DNA of 64,000 bases from the human T2T-CHM13v2.0 reference genome, Homo sapiens. The DNA lies in assembly GCF_009914755.1 (NCBI RefSeq), contig NC_060929.1, one strand, 5' to 3'. Under the pieces are notes generated by a model. That model was given only the letters and a program-made list of their open reading frames with translations. It searched no databases and was not told the origin of the DNA. The position numbers and the translations under genes were made by a program. Of this stretch, positions 1-14,547 are shown one piece after another (within the stretch, counting starts at the first letter, position 1; the number at the start of each line of letters is the position of its first letter).

Positions 1-2899
1 TAGCATGTGATATATGATAAAACCTCAAATGATTACCACAAACTAAGGTTCGGCATATGACAAACTTCTTCATTCAGGATTTTATATAGATAGGTAAATT
101 TTGAAGCATGAAATTAAAAAAACAGTACTCTATCTGAAATCGCTCACTTGAGACTTATTATATGTGATTTGATTATGTTTTTAAATATCGAGTTGAATAT
201 TCCATGTTTCACATATGCTGAGAGAAATTGGCAGCAATGACCATATTCTATTGAATTACTTTTATAGTATTCACTGTCCTTAAAAACAAATGTTGAGTAA
301 TATCTATAAGAAGTATAATGTTGTTTCAAGTATCAAGGATACTCTTATCTGTAAGGTACACTTCGGCCTACCAGGGAGCAGTTTTAAGCGTGTTCTTAAT
401 ACACTAACAAAAATGAACAATAGCCACTTATTCATAATAAAGGTATGGAAAGAGAGAAAATAGACATTAATATAACACCTGCATTCCAATAACCCCTTCT
501 TTTCTGAAATTTCTTTTTTAACCTTAATTTTGTCTTCCTTTTTCCTTCCATTTGTTTTTTAAATCACGATTCCTCATGTTATCATTGCCATTTTCTATCT
601 GTATATCTCTTTTCTATCTTTCCATCTTTTCTCTACTGGGAAATTCATATGATTTTAAAAATGAAATTTAAGGTTTTACTTAGTTTTTGCAAAATAATAT
701 TTTATGGTAATACTAGGAATATTCATAAATAATAATTCTTTGTACAAAGTACCAGTCAATGTGCTGAATAATTTATTTTAGATTTTTTGAAGTCAATTCA
801 CAGTGATTAGGTTATGATAATACATTAACAGAAGAAAGTCAAAAAAGAGATTTTCATTTCTATGAAAGATATGTTCAGAAGTTTATATTATGTATACAAT
901 CATGCTCTTTCCTAGAAGGGAAAAATAATTACAAACCATATGGTTAACATAAAATAAGAAAAGAATACAATTAAGATTTATTTTTCAGTTTGAACAGTAA
1001 TAAATTTATTCCTTATTTCCTTTGCAATTTAATTTGTTCCAGATGGTTCCACTGTCTATTTTTACTCTAACTCTCATTTCAATGGAACAGTGTAGTTCTT
1101 CCACACAATTTTTCAATTTGCTTTTGTATTCATGTTTTGAAACTAAGTTATTTGATGTTTATCTATGGAAAACTAAGTATTTTTAAAGCAAAAATAAAAT
1201 AACATATTTCTCATTTAAAAAAGTAATTTTAAAATTACTTTTAAGCTTGTGCCCATCCGTGGAATAAATATTTAATAACTTTTTACTCAGATCAAAAGAG
1301 TACATATTAAAGAATTCTAGAATATACTGGAAAATGTACATCACAATGCCAATAATTGCTGTATTTCCCTGGAGATATTACAGGTGAAAATTTTTTATTT
1401 TCTACATTTCTACTGTTCCCTTGGCTTTCTACATGTTTTAGCTTTCTGAGATAATCATAATCAATTAGTCATAATAAATTATGGTGCCAAATGTCAAAGA
1501 CTTCTATAAACAAGGAAAAACTTTCTTTTCAAAAGTAAAAACTTACAAAAAAGTCCAAATGGCTCGATAGATAATTTGCAATAGAAATTGGTAGTTAATT
1601 CCAGATAAAGAAATACAAATTTTTAAAATTCTAACAAGAACAAACTTTACACATAAATATCACCTGTATCAAAATAACTTATTTTACATTTAATGAAATC
1701 AATACATCTTGTATTCTTTTTATATGTCAGTTTTTATATGTCCTATATATATGATATATATAATTGTTTACATATAAACAATTTGAAACTACTTCAATAG
1801 TTGAGACAATGGCAATATGATAAAAATGAATTACTAATATAAAAAGTTGCCAGAAAATGGGTTAGCTAACTTAGGACTTACAAATGGAATCTATGACCTC
1901 AATACAGGTTTGCAAAGATCTAGTGTTCAAGTGATTGCACATATTTTTGGAGTGCTAAAAATTAAAATAAACAGCTTAATTATGAAAAAATGTATATATA
2001 GATATAAGTATACATGTATGCACATAAGTACATATGTATATGGATATTATATACATAACATTGGTTGTTAAAAAGAGTCAGTTCATTTAAAAAGTTAATA
2101 TTATGTTTAAATTAAGAAGGTAGAATACACAGACGCCCTTTCTTTTTGGGTGAATATACACGTATCATATAGAATATATTTAATATTTATTTTTTGACTG
2201 GTGAACTTGACTAATTTAACATTAATAAGAATTGATTTATCTTTTTAATTTTGCCTAGCTATTATGAAGAAAGTGGTGCAAAATTTGCCTTAGTGCCATA
2301 AACAATTGGCAAACAGGACAAGATATATGAAGAAAAACTTATTAGAAATCAGGTGGAGCTGAACACTGATTCCTGAGATAATAGAAAGAAATAAAATTAG
2401 TTCAGTGATTTGCTGGTAAAACAACTGGTTACATACACACACACACTCTAAAACAAAAACCAAACAAACATCAAATGTGCCCTGGTCTTTAGCATTTGCA
2501 ATTTTTGTGTTACAAATACTCACAACATGATTGAATATGTTTCCAATTCATGTTTCCGAAAAGAATGTGGAGCATATAATCAGATCTTGAGAAAGTTATG
2601 AGTAGTCTCCAGTGCACAACTGAGTGAGCTCTATAGTTATTCCAGTTTTTGACTTGAAGACATTTTTCAGACCACAATGTAGGGTTGCTCAAAGCATAGG
2701 ACAGAATCCTGACAGGGCCAAGAAAAAAGATAATGTATTTTGCGGAAGCCAAGTTGGCTGGATTTTGCAGGACAAAGTCCCAGAAAGGAATAAGTTGTCT
2801 AGAAAAAGAGGTCCAGAAGTTTGCATAACGGTCTCCTCAAGTCTTTAACTGAGTAACTGAGCTATATACCTAAGGGTAAAACATCATAAAGGGACCACT

Positions 2900-3680
2900 G
2901 GGATCTCTAAGCTGAAAAATTGCCAGACAGGTCTAGGAGCCATTCAGATTTTGATGAGAGTAAAGAGCTCATGTCAAACATAATAGTGACCCTAGGAAAA
3001 TTATTTCTTGAGAGTAGAGCCAACATAAATGTAGAGTAAAGTCTAGGCTAGTCCTTGGAAGGGTTATCAGCAAGTTTCAGGAAGATCAAGTTGATGCATA
3101 AATAGCTTAGAACCTGCCAAAACAAAACCTCACATGTTCTGCAGGAACGTAATACAACTTAGATATTGAATAATCTAATATTTGTAATATGACATTTGAT
3201 ATAAAGTTGCTAGACAAGTGGAAAAACAAAACTATGTTACCTCTTATCAGAAAATAAAATCAAGTAGGCCACAGAAACAGACCAAAAAATATATATAATT
3301 ATGGACAAGGATTTGAAAACCACCATTATATATATAATGAGGCATGTAAAGCAGATGTTGCATATAATGGGAAGAGAAATGGCAATTATTAAAAATAAAA
3401 ACTTCTACAGTATCTGAAACTACAAAATACTAATGTAATATTTGAAATTTAAAAATAATAATTACATGAGCTTAACAGTAAGTAGTACATTACTGACAAA
3501 TGGTCTGCAAATCCGGAGACATAATAAAAAAAATCTAAAGCACACTGAGGGAAAATAAAAACATGGAAAAAAGTAAACTTAGTCTCAGTGACTGGTAGGA
3601 CAATATCAAGCAGTGTTTCATAGCATAATTAAAGCTTCAAAGAATATAAGAAGCATTTTAAAAATATTTTCTAACTTACT
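2900..3680 (+). mobile_element. Ancient L1M fragment (5'/ORF1-like region)
   Basis: A-rich, heavily decayed sequence resembling old L1 ORF1 (e.g. agtctcagtgactggtaggacaatatcaagc). Boundaries approximate. Confidence 0.45.
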
Positions 3681-3904
3681 TGAAATGGGTTGTAATGTAT
3701 TTTCATAAAAATGTTTCATCACTATTGTCACATTTGTTTGAGAAATATTGATATAGAATCATTTTACATAATATTTTTACTTATCAGCTCTTTGTATTTC
3801 TCTACCCTTTTCTAGCTGAAGTTATTTATTTGAGGTTTTATTATTTCTGTATTACTCATCTTTATGAGTTTACATTTAATATTGGGCTTTTACAATTAAT
3901 GAGG

Positions 3905-4988
3905 CTTCTGGATATTGGCCTTGGCAAAACATTTATGACTAAGTCCTGAAAAGCAAATGCAACAAAAACAAACATTGACAAGTGAGAACTAATTAAACTG
4001 AAGGACTTTTGAACAACAAAAGAAACTATCACAGGGTAAATGGGCAACCCACAAAATGGGAGAAAGTAAGTTGCAAACTATGTATCTGAAAAAGGTCTAA
4101 TATCCAGAATCTATAAGAAACTTAACTCAATGAGCAAAAATCAAATAACCCTATTAAAAACTGTGCAAAGGACATGAACAGACACTCCACAAAAGAACAC
4201 ATACAACTGGCCAAAAAACATGAAAAAATCCTTAACATCACTAATCATCAGAGAAATGCAAATCAAAACCATAATGAGATACCATCTCACACCAGTTAGA
4301 ATGACTATTATTAAAAAGAAAAAAAATAACAGACACTGAGGGGAAAAGGGAACACTTATACATGGTTGGTGGGAATGTAAACTAGTTCAGCCACTGTGGA
4401 AAGCAGTTTGGAAATTTCTCAAAAAATTAAAAACAGAACTACTATTTGACCCAGCAATCTCATTACAGAGTATGTATATCCAAAGAAAAATAAACTTGTA
4501 CAAAAAAGACACATGCACTCACATGTTCATTACAGCACTATTCACAGTAGCAGAGACATGGAATCAACCTAGGTGACAATGAATGGTGGATTGGTTACAG
4601 AAAATGTGGCACATATAGACCACAGAATACTACACACCTGTAAAAACGAATGAATTCATGTCCTTTACAGCAACATGGATGGAGCTGAAGGTCATCATCT
4701 TAAGCAACTTGATGAAGGAACAGAAACCCAAATACCACATATTCTCACCTATAAGTAGGAAATAAATATTTATTATTTATGAACATAAAGATGGGAGTAA
4801 TAGACATTGGAAACTACTGGGGGGGTGCAAGTGTTGAAAAAATGACCTATTGGGTACTGTGCTCACTATTTGGGTGACAAGATTATTCATATCCCAAACC
4901 TTAGCATCACCCAATATATCTGTGAAACAAACCTGAACGTATAACCCCTATATCTAAAATTAAAATTAAAATTATAAAAAAATAAAAA
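3905..4988 (+). mobile_element. L1 (L1PB/L1PA16-like), 5'-truncated: ORF2 3' end, 3'UTR and A-rich tail
   Basis: Typical L1 motifs: catcactaatcatcagagaaatgcaaatcaaaacc, gagataccatctcacaccagttagaatg, cctattgggtactgtgctcacta...atctaaaattaaa. Confidence 0.9.
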
Positions 4989-5385
4989 GTACAAGAATTA
5001 GGATTTTGTAATTTTGTGCCTGCTTATTTTTCTTTTTAACTAACACATATTTTATGCATTAGAAATTATATTTGGTTATTTTTTCAGGAAGTGTATTTTT
5101 TACATTATTTAATTCCTCAGTTAATTAATTTTTACATTTGGCTCCTTTCTGATACATTCAAGAAGAAATATATATATTCCTCATAGTAAATCTTAGGCCT
5201 TGTATTTCCAAGGTCTTACTGTGATTTTTACCTTGAATAATTACTGATATTTCTTCATGGTTTAATTTTTGTGTATTTCTGTGAAGAGCAGCCTTGGTTT
5301 TGGATGCCATGAAAGGTTTATTATATTGCACCTACTTTATATTTTTAATCATTTATATTGATTGATAATCTGTCCATTGCAGAAA

Positions 5386-6687
<1,302 letters not shown>

Positions 6688-8717
6688 AAAAGTAAGCATG
6701 TTTACTTTTAAATAGTTGCATTAAAATTTGTAAATAGCTATCACTTTCCCTTTAAGTGTGATTTTCCCAAAATCACATTTCTTCAGATGAAGAAAAACTG
6801 TTAAGAACTGGTTAACCGTTTCCACAAGAAAAAAAAAAATCATAGTGAATTTAATTTTTTATTTTAATCCAGAAATATGGCTATGAAATGTGACCTGGGT
6901 TGTTACTTAATATGTAACAGAAAGTGCTAATAATTGTGGATAGAACTGAAGTCCCTTGGGCACTATAGAATTCTCTTTTCTTAAAAAATGCAGGAATGCC
7001 AGTTGACCATTGGTAAATAACTCCTAGCTATTTAGCTTGAAGTCATTCTGTGTTTTTCCTATTGCCATGGCCTTTTCAAAACTATCTTAGTTAGCTAGAA
7101 ATTATTTATTTGCTTGTTTGGCTTTTGAAAGATTTTAGGACCTCCTTATTGTTTTTTTGTGTTGTGAAATTTCACCACAGCACAAACTAGTGTAAGTTAA
7201 TACTAAAGTGGACTTTTTAATAGGAAGATTCATACTATTCTACATTTCTGAACAATTTTATTCTATCTATCCATCTGATCTCTATCTCTTTCTTCCTTAC
7301 ATTTTCCCCATTTCAATCATTTTCTCTCTTATTATTTAATTACTGTTGCATACATATTACAACTACAAGATCAACTTCATGTCTCAACATTTTCTCATTC
7401 TTTACAACTCCTTAAAATTTAGATATCTATTTTGGAAATATTTATTCATCCACATACTCTAACTTGCTTTTATAGTTTGTTATTTTTTCCATCAATCCCC
7501 ACTATTATGTTTTAAGTTTTATATTTCAGTCTTAAATTGTTAGGTATTACAGATATCTTTTATGTAATATCTGTTAGTTTTAAACATCATTATTAATATA
7601 ATATTAGTAATTTGCTACATGCTTTGTTGTTATCTCTCATTATTGGTCTCAGTTTTCCTAAAAAGTTTGGCGATTTATGGTTAGTTTAACTATTAGTTCT
7701 TGCAGAAAAACAACTAATAGTGAGGAACCGATCAAACATGATGCTCAAAAGTGCTCGTTTGGGTGATAAAAAGAATAATGGGCCTGAAAAGTAGACTAAG
7801 AAGAGCAAGCAGAGTGTGAGGGAAAATATATAAAAAAAGGATGTGTTAGAGAAGCCAACTGAATTGACAGTTTCTTAATTGTAGCAATTAATAGTTTGAA
7901 GTGTTGCTAAAACATCAAATATAAGCTAAAAAATAGATTTAGAAAAATAATTTATTATTTCTTTCAAAAAATATTAAATGATAAGACCAGGTGCCACGTC
8001 TCAGATAAATGGGCTGAGACGAATGGGGAAAAAAATATTTGAAGTAGAGTGTGGTGATAAGGAGAGAGTTTGAGACTCTATATAGAGGTATTTGAAGAGT
8101 TGAATGCAACAAAGATTCTGGCCTTCGTTTTAATGGGAAAAAAACGTTAAGTTTTCAAGAAATATTTTCCTGAGAAGGAGTGGTTGAATATCCAAGTGAA
8201 GAAAGGAAATGCCATAAATTGTAGTTGGTTCTTAATTAGACAGAAAGAAAAGAAACTTAAAACACTGGTGGAAAAATTCCGACTATTTAAGAGTGAAAGG
8301 AGCTTCTATATTGTAATGGGAAGACAAGATTGTAGGTTGATTTGAGACATGGATGAGTGATCAGAAGATGAAGCATTTTTAAGTGAAGTTTATGTTTTCT
8401 AAATGAAAGTAGTAAGACTGGCCAGAAGCTGAGATTAAAGAATTTGGGGTTTGGAGACATTGTGCATAATTATGCATACAATTGAGCTGAAACAAAGAGT
8501 GGATATATCAGAAAAGCACATTTCTGGTTAGGTGCCATGAATGTATAGAATAATTAAATTATCCTGTTGGGAAACTTGATCTTACAATTCTTGATCTACA
8601 AAGCCTCTAGCTCTTTTGTGGTAGCTGTGGAGGGTGTGATGAGTTAGTTGCATTTGTGATTGGACTATTTTAATATGTAAAGTGAAAAAAGAAAGGTGCA
8701 AATAATTTAGCAGACAA

Positions 8718-9168
8718 GTTCATTCAACATTAATTTGATTCATAAATAATAATTAAGCACTTAAAATGTGCCAGAAACACATCTAAGTGACATTGATATA
8801 ACAATGAAAATATACTTTTCTTCTTCTGGAACTCACATTCTGATGAATTGATAAGTCTATAACTTTAGGTGGCAATAAATGCTCTAAAAATGTGGGACAC
8901 GAAATAATGAATGCTTGGGATAATATTTTATAGAGAGTGTTCAGGAAAGGCCTGCAAAAGATGACATTTGAGCAGAAAAATTATTTAAGTATAGGAATAA
9001 TTGTATGTGCAAGGGAAGGTGGGGGAAGAAGGTATGGAGAGCAAGTGCAAAGGTCTAGATGATAGACTTGTGACACATCAAAAAAAAGGGGGAATTAGTG
9101 TAGTTAAAAGGGAAATGAGCCAGAAAAAGGGAGGAAAGATGTAACATCAAAGAGTTAATTGAGAAGCA
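8718..9168 (-). mobile_element. L2 3' end, interrupted by HERV-H (continues about 15005-15240)
   Basis: ttcattcaacatt...aagcacttaaaatgtgccag...ggaactcacattctg and tcaggaaaggcctg...tgacatttgagcag resemble antisense L2. L2-like sequence resumes after the provirus. Confidence 0.7.
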
Positions 9169-9173
9169 GACTG

Positions 9174-9625
9174 TTTCACGCACGTCCATGTGAAGAGACC
9201 ACCAACCAGGCTTTGTGTGAGCAACATGGCTGTTTGTTTCACCTGGGTGCAGGCGGGCTGAGTCCGAAAAGAGAGTCAGCGAAGGGAGATAGGGGCAGGG
9301 CCGTTTTATAGGATTTGGGAAGGTAATGGAAAATTACAGTCAAAGGGCGCTGTTCTCTGGTGGGCAGGGGTGGGGGTCGCAAGGTGCTCAGTGGGGGTGC
9401 TTTTTGAGCCAGGATGAGCCAGGAAAAGGACTTTCACAAGGTAATGTCATCAGTTAAGGCAAGGACCAGCCATTTACACTTCTTTTGTGGTGGAATGTCA
9501 TCAGTTAAGGTGGGGCAGGGCATATTCACTTGTTTTCTGATTCTTCAGTTACTTCAGGCCATCTGGGCATATATGTGAAAGTCACAGGGGATGTGATGAC
9601 TTGGCTTGGGCTCAGAGGCCTGACA
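9174..9625 (-). mobile_element. HERV-H 3' LTR (LTR7)
   Basis: Minus strand starts TGTCAGGCCTCTGAGCCCAAGCC. Preceded on the minus strand by the PPT ATAAGAAGGCAGGAA (9626-9640). Confidence 0.97.
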
Positions 9626-10149
9626 TTCCTGCCTTCTTATATTAATAAGAAAAATAAAACAAAATAGCGTTGAAGTGTTGGGGCGGCGAAAATTTTTGGG
9701 GGGTGGTATGGAAAGAGAATGGGCGATGTTTCTCAGGGCTGCTTCAAGCGGGATTAGGGGTGGCGTGGGAACGTAGAGTGGGAGAGATTAAGATGAAGGG
9801 AGGTCTTGTGGTAAGGGGTGATATTGTGGGGATGTTAGAAGAAACATTTGTCGTATAGAATGATTGGTGAAGGCCTGGATACGGTTTTGGATGAATTGAG
9901 AAACTAAATGGAATAACAGAGGGAGAAAAACAGGTATAAAAGGTCTAAGAATTGGGATGACTCAGGATATCTGATTAGAGAGTGCCTAAGGAGATTCAGC
10001 ATAGTCCTGCCTGCAAAGATTATTTATTTACTTCAAGAGTTAAGAGTGGCAGTTTGGGGATAGCACCAGGAGATATCAGCTGTGATGGCTTGGGAAAACA
10101 ATGTAAACCAGCCGTGTAAACAAGAGCAGGGCATGTATGAGTAGTTGAG

Positions 10150-12100
10150 AACGGTGAATAGGAGTATGACTAGACAGAAGATAGTAGGGATGACAAGTTT
10201 TTGGGGGCACAGTCTAAGTTGGTCTGGTGTCTGGAATGAGACTGGGGCCTAATAAAAAGGAGCGTCTATACAGGAGCTTAAATGGGCTGTACCCTGTAGC
10301 ATTCTGAGGACAGGTCTGACTTCTGAGAAGGGAAAGTGGTAAAAGTATTGTCCAGTCCTTTCTAAGTTGGTGGCTGAGCTTGGTGTGGTGTGTTTTTAAA
10401 AGACCTTTAGTCCATTCTACTTTTCTTGAAGACGGAGGACCATAAGGGATATAAAGGTATCACTGAATACTAAGAGGCTGAAAAACTGCTTGGCTGATTT
10501 GACTAATAAAGGCTCATCTGTTATCAGACTGTACAGAGGTGGGAAGGCTAAACTGAGGAATTATGTCTAACAGGACGGAAGAAATGACTGTGATGGCCTT
10601 CTCAGACCCTGTAGGAAAGGACTGTACCTATCCAGTGAAAGTGTCTACCTAGACTAAGAGGTATTTTAGTTATCTGACTCGGGGCATGTTGAGTAAAGCT
10701 AATTTGCCAGTCCTGGGTGGGGCAAATCCTCGAGCTTGATGTGTAGGGAAGGGAGGGGGACTGAATAATCCCTGAGGAGTAGTACAATAGCAGATGGAAC
10801 ACTGAGAAGTTATTTCCTTGAGGATAGATTTCCACGATGGAAAGGATATGAGAGGTTCTAAGAGGCGGGCTAGTGGCTTGTACTGTAGCATAACCTGCCT
10901 TTGCTGGTGTGTGGCGATTAGGCCTGGTGGAACCGCCATCAATAAATCAAGGGTGGTCAGGGTGAGGAACAGGAAAGAAGGAAATTTGGGGAAATGTGAA
11001 TATCAGGTGGATCAGAGAGGTACAGTCATGAGGGTCAGGTGTGGTATCAGGAATAATGTGGGAGGCTGGATTGAAGTCTGGGCCAGGAACAACGGTAATT
11101 GTGGGAGACTCAACAAAGAGTGAGTACAGCTGAAGGAGCCGGGGAACAGAAAGTATATGCATCAGGTATGAGGAAGAAAATAGATTTTGGAAGTTATGAG
11201 AACTGTAGAGAGTGAGTTGAGCACAGTTTGTGATTTTGAGGGCCTCTAAAAGTATTACAGCAGTGGCAGCTGCTGCACGCAGACATGAGGGCTAGGCTAA
11301 AACAGTAAGGTCAAGTTGTTTGGACAGAAAGGCTACAGGGTGCGGTCCTGGCTCTTGTGTAAGAATTCTGACCACGCTAACCATGCCTAGGAAGGAAAGG
11401 AGTTGTTGTTTTGTAGAAGGTGCTTCGGTTTGAGAGATCAGTCGGACACGATTGGCAGGGAGAGCACATGTGTTTTTATGAGAATTATGCCGAGATAGGT
11501 AACAGATGAGGAAGAAATTTGGGCTTGATTGAAGTAATGGGGGCTGTCTGTGAAGCTTTGCTGCAGTACAGCCTAGGTAATTTGCTGAGCTTGATGGGTG
11601 CCAGGGTCAGTCCAAGTGAAAGCGAAGAGAGGCTGGGATTAAGGGTGCAAAGGAATAGTAAAGAAAGCATGTTTGAGATCTAGAACAGAATAATGGGTTA
11701 TAGAGGCAGGTATTGAGGATAGGAGAGTATATGGGTTTGGCACCATGGGGTGGATAGGCAAAACAATTTGGGTGATAAGGTGCAGATCCTGAACTAACTT
11801 GTAAGGCTTGTCTGGTTTTAGGACAGGTAAAATGGGGAAATTGTAAGGAGAGTTTATAGGCTTTAAAAGGCCATGCTGTAGCAGGCGAGTGATAACAGGC
11901 TTTAATCTTTTTAAAGCATGCTGCAGGATGGGATATTGGCATTGAGTGGGGTAAGGGTGATTAGGTTTTAATGAGATGGTAAGGGGTGCATGATCGGTCG
12001 CCAAGGAGGGAGTAGAGGTATCTTATACTTGTGGGTTGAGGTGGGGGGATACAAGAGGAGGACGCAAAGGAGGCTTTGGATTGGGAAGAAGGGCAGCAAA
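10150..12100 (-). pseudogene. pol: HERV-H pol remnant (RT N-terminal part, RNaseH/integrase pieces)
   Basis: SPYNFPILPVLKPDKPYKLVQDL...YSVLDLKHAFFTIPLHP (RT). ITSQCSICY...HQARGFAP (integrase Zn-finger region). Fragmented; boundaries approximate. Confidence 0.9.
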
Positions 12101-12447
12101 GAGATGTGGCTGTAGTCCAGGAATAGTCAGGGAAGCAGATAATTTAGTTAAAGTGTCTCAGCCTAATAAGGGAACTGGGCAGGTGGGGATAACTAAAAGG
12201 AGTGCTTAAAAGAGTACTGTCTAAGTTGGCACCAGAGTTGGGGAGTTTTAAGAGGTTTAGAAGCCTGGTCATCAATACCCACAACAGTTATGGAGGCAAG
12301 GGAAACAGGCCCTTGAAAAGAAGGTAATGTGGAGTGGGTAGCCTCCGTATTGATTAAGAAGGGGATGGGCTTACCGTCCACTGTGAGAGTTACCCGAAGC
12401 TCGGCGTCCGTGATGGTCTAGGGGGCTTCCGAGGCGATCCGGCAGTG
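12100..12447 (-). pseudogene. pro: HERV-H protease remnant, catalytically dead
   Basis: PIPFLINTEATHSTL: the aspartyl protease DTG motif reads NTE. Confidence 0.85.
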
Positions 12448-13657
12448 TCAGTCTTCAGCAGCTAAGCCAAGAAGATCTGGGAAGGAGTCAGTCAGACAGC
12501 CTTGGGCGAGAGTTCCACAGGCTCTGGGAGTGGCAGCCAGGTGAGTTGAACAATCTGATTTTCAGTGGGGTCCCACACAGATGGGACGCGGCTTAGGAGG
12601 AATCCCGGGCTGTGGGCATTCCTTGGCCCAGTGGCCAGATTTCCGGCATTTGTAGCAAGCTCCTGGGGGAGGAGGTTCTGGAGGAATGCCTGGCCGCTGC
12701 GGTTCAGGCGTTTGGATGTTCTTGTGTGCTGGAGATGTGGCTGGGGTTTGTCTCACAGTGGAGGCAAGGAATTGCAACTTTTTTCTATTATTGTACACCT
12801 TGAAGGTGAGGTTAATTAAGTCCTGTTGTGGGGCTTGAGGGCCGGAATTTAATTTTTGGAGTTTTATTTAATGTTGGGAGCAGATTGGGTAATAAAATGT
12901 ATATTGAGAATAAGATGGCCTTTTGACCTTTTAGGGTCTAGGCTTGTAAAGCCTCTCAGGGTTGCTGCCGAACGAGACATGAACTGGGCTGGGTTTTTAT
13001 ATTTGATGAAAAAGAGCCTACACGCTATCTGATTTGGGATAAAGAAAAAGCAGCATTAACCTTGACTATGCCTTTGGCTCCAGCCACCTTTTTAAGAGTA
13101 AATTGCTGGGTAGTGGGGGAGGGCTAGTCACAGAATGAAACTGTAAGCCAGACCAGGTGTGAGGAGGGGAGGTGATAAAAAGATTACAGGGTGGAGGGGC
13201 TGAGGCTGAGGAAGAATTGGGACCTAGCTTGGGCTGGTGAGGAGGGGAGAGGTCAGATGGGTCTGTAGAAAAGGAAGATTAGAAAGACTCAGCGCTGCTT
13301 GGGGTTGGGACTGAGGGGACAGGCGGGAGGGAAAGAAGGAAGGTTTGGGACAAGTTGCACTGGGCACAGAGACTAGGAAGGGACTGATGTATAAAAGAAT
13401 GCCTGGACGTCAGACACCTCAGACCATTTGCCCATTTTACGACAAGAATTATTTAGATCTTGTAGGATGGAAAAAATGAAAGTGCCATTTTCCGGCTATT
13501 TGGAACTACTGTCGAGTTTGTATTGGGGTCAAGCAGCATTGCAGAAGAAAATAAGTCATTTAGGTTTTAGGTCAGGTGTGAGTTGAAGAGGTTTTAAGTT
13601 TTTGAGAAGACAGGCTAAGGGAGAAGAAGGAGGAATGGAAGGTGGAATCTTACCCAT
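12448..13657 (-). pseudogene. gag: HERV-H gag remnant (stops, frameshifts, deletions)
   Basis: Starts MGKIPPSIPPSSPLACLLKNLKPLQLTPDLKPK (ATG at 13657). NC zinc knuckle CYKCRKSGHWAKEC in ORF 12562..12798; second knuckle broken. Confidence 0.9.
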
Positions 13658-13815
13658 AGTGAAGGAGGCAAGCCCAGAGAAAAGAGTAGAGACATGGAGA
13701 AGGGGTGGGGGGTTCTTGCCCTCCAGAAAAGCAGAGAAGGGGTTGGGGCATGGAAATAAGGGATTGGGGCACAGAGATAAGAGGTTGGGGTGCAGAAATA
13801 AGCGATTGGGGGGTT

Positions 13816-14110
13816 CTTGCCCCCTAGGAAAGTGGGACTTGACACTAAGGGTGAAGGAGAAGAGGTTGAGGGGTACTTGCCCCTGCCCCAGGAAAGCGGG
13901 ACTTGCCACTAAGGGTGAAGGAGAAGGGGTTGAGGGGTACTTTCCCCTGCCCCAGGAAAGCGGGACTTGCTGCTAAGGGCGAAGGAGAAGGCGTTGAGGG
14001 GTACTTGCCCCTCTCCCAGAAAAGTGGAGAAGGGGTAGAGATAAGGAGAGAAGGGGTTGGGGTACTTGCCCCTTCCCCAGAAAAGTGGGACTTGCTGCTA
14101 AGGGTGAAGG
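13816..14110. repeat. ~60-64-bp tandem repeat in the HERV-H leader (about 5 degenerate units)
   Basis: Repeated cttgcccctgccccaggaaagcgggacttgccactaagggtgaaggagaaggggttgaggggta. Confidence 0.85.
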
Positions 14111-14395
14111 ACCAAGGCAGGCGTCCCTGCGTGGTCTGACACCCTTGAAATGTGGGTGTACAATCAGAGAGGCATCCCTGCAATGATTAAACACCAAGGG
14201 AAGGCTGCCTTCCCAGTCCGTGACCGGCACCGGAGTTTTGGGTCCACGGATAAAATGTGTCTCCTTTGTCTCTACCAGAAAATGAAAGGAATTGAAATTA
14301 AGAGAAGGGAGAGATTGAATTGTGGTTCCAAGATTGAAAGGAGAAAGAGGTTGAGAGATAGTGAGGGAGGTTGGAGAAGAGAGTAAAAAGAGGCC

Positions 14396-14404
14396 GCTTA
14401 CCGG
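14396..14404 (-). promoter_or_regulatory. HERV-H major splice donor
   Basis: Minus strand CCG|GTAAGC about 150 nt downstream of the 5' LTR, the known position of the HERV-H leader donor. Confidence 0.8.
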
Positions 14405-14527
14405 ATTTGAAATTGGTGAGATGTTTCTTGGGCTGGTCAGTCTGACGACCTGAGGTCGTAGGTGGATCTTTCTCACAGAGCAAAGAACAGGAGGACAGGG
14501 GATTGATCTCCCAAGGGAGGTCCCCCG

Positions 14528-14545
14528 ATCCGAGTCACGGCACCA
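14528..14545 (-). promoter_or_regulatory. Primer-binding site for tRNA-His
   Basis: TGGTGCCGTGACTCGGAT, complementary to the 3' 18 nt of tRNA-His, 2 nt downstream of the 5' LTR. Confidence 0.97.
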
Positions 14546-14547
14546 AA

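Noticed and set aside
148-217. Possible 70-nt minus-strand exon (TTTCTCTCAG|...AA|GTGAGC) downstream of HERV-H
   Set aside because: Such splice-site pairs arise by chance; no transcript evidence available.
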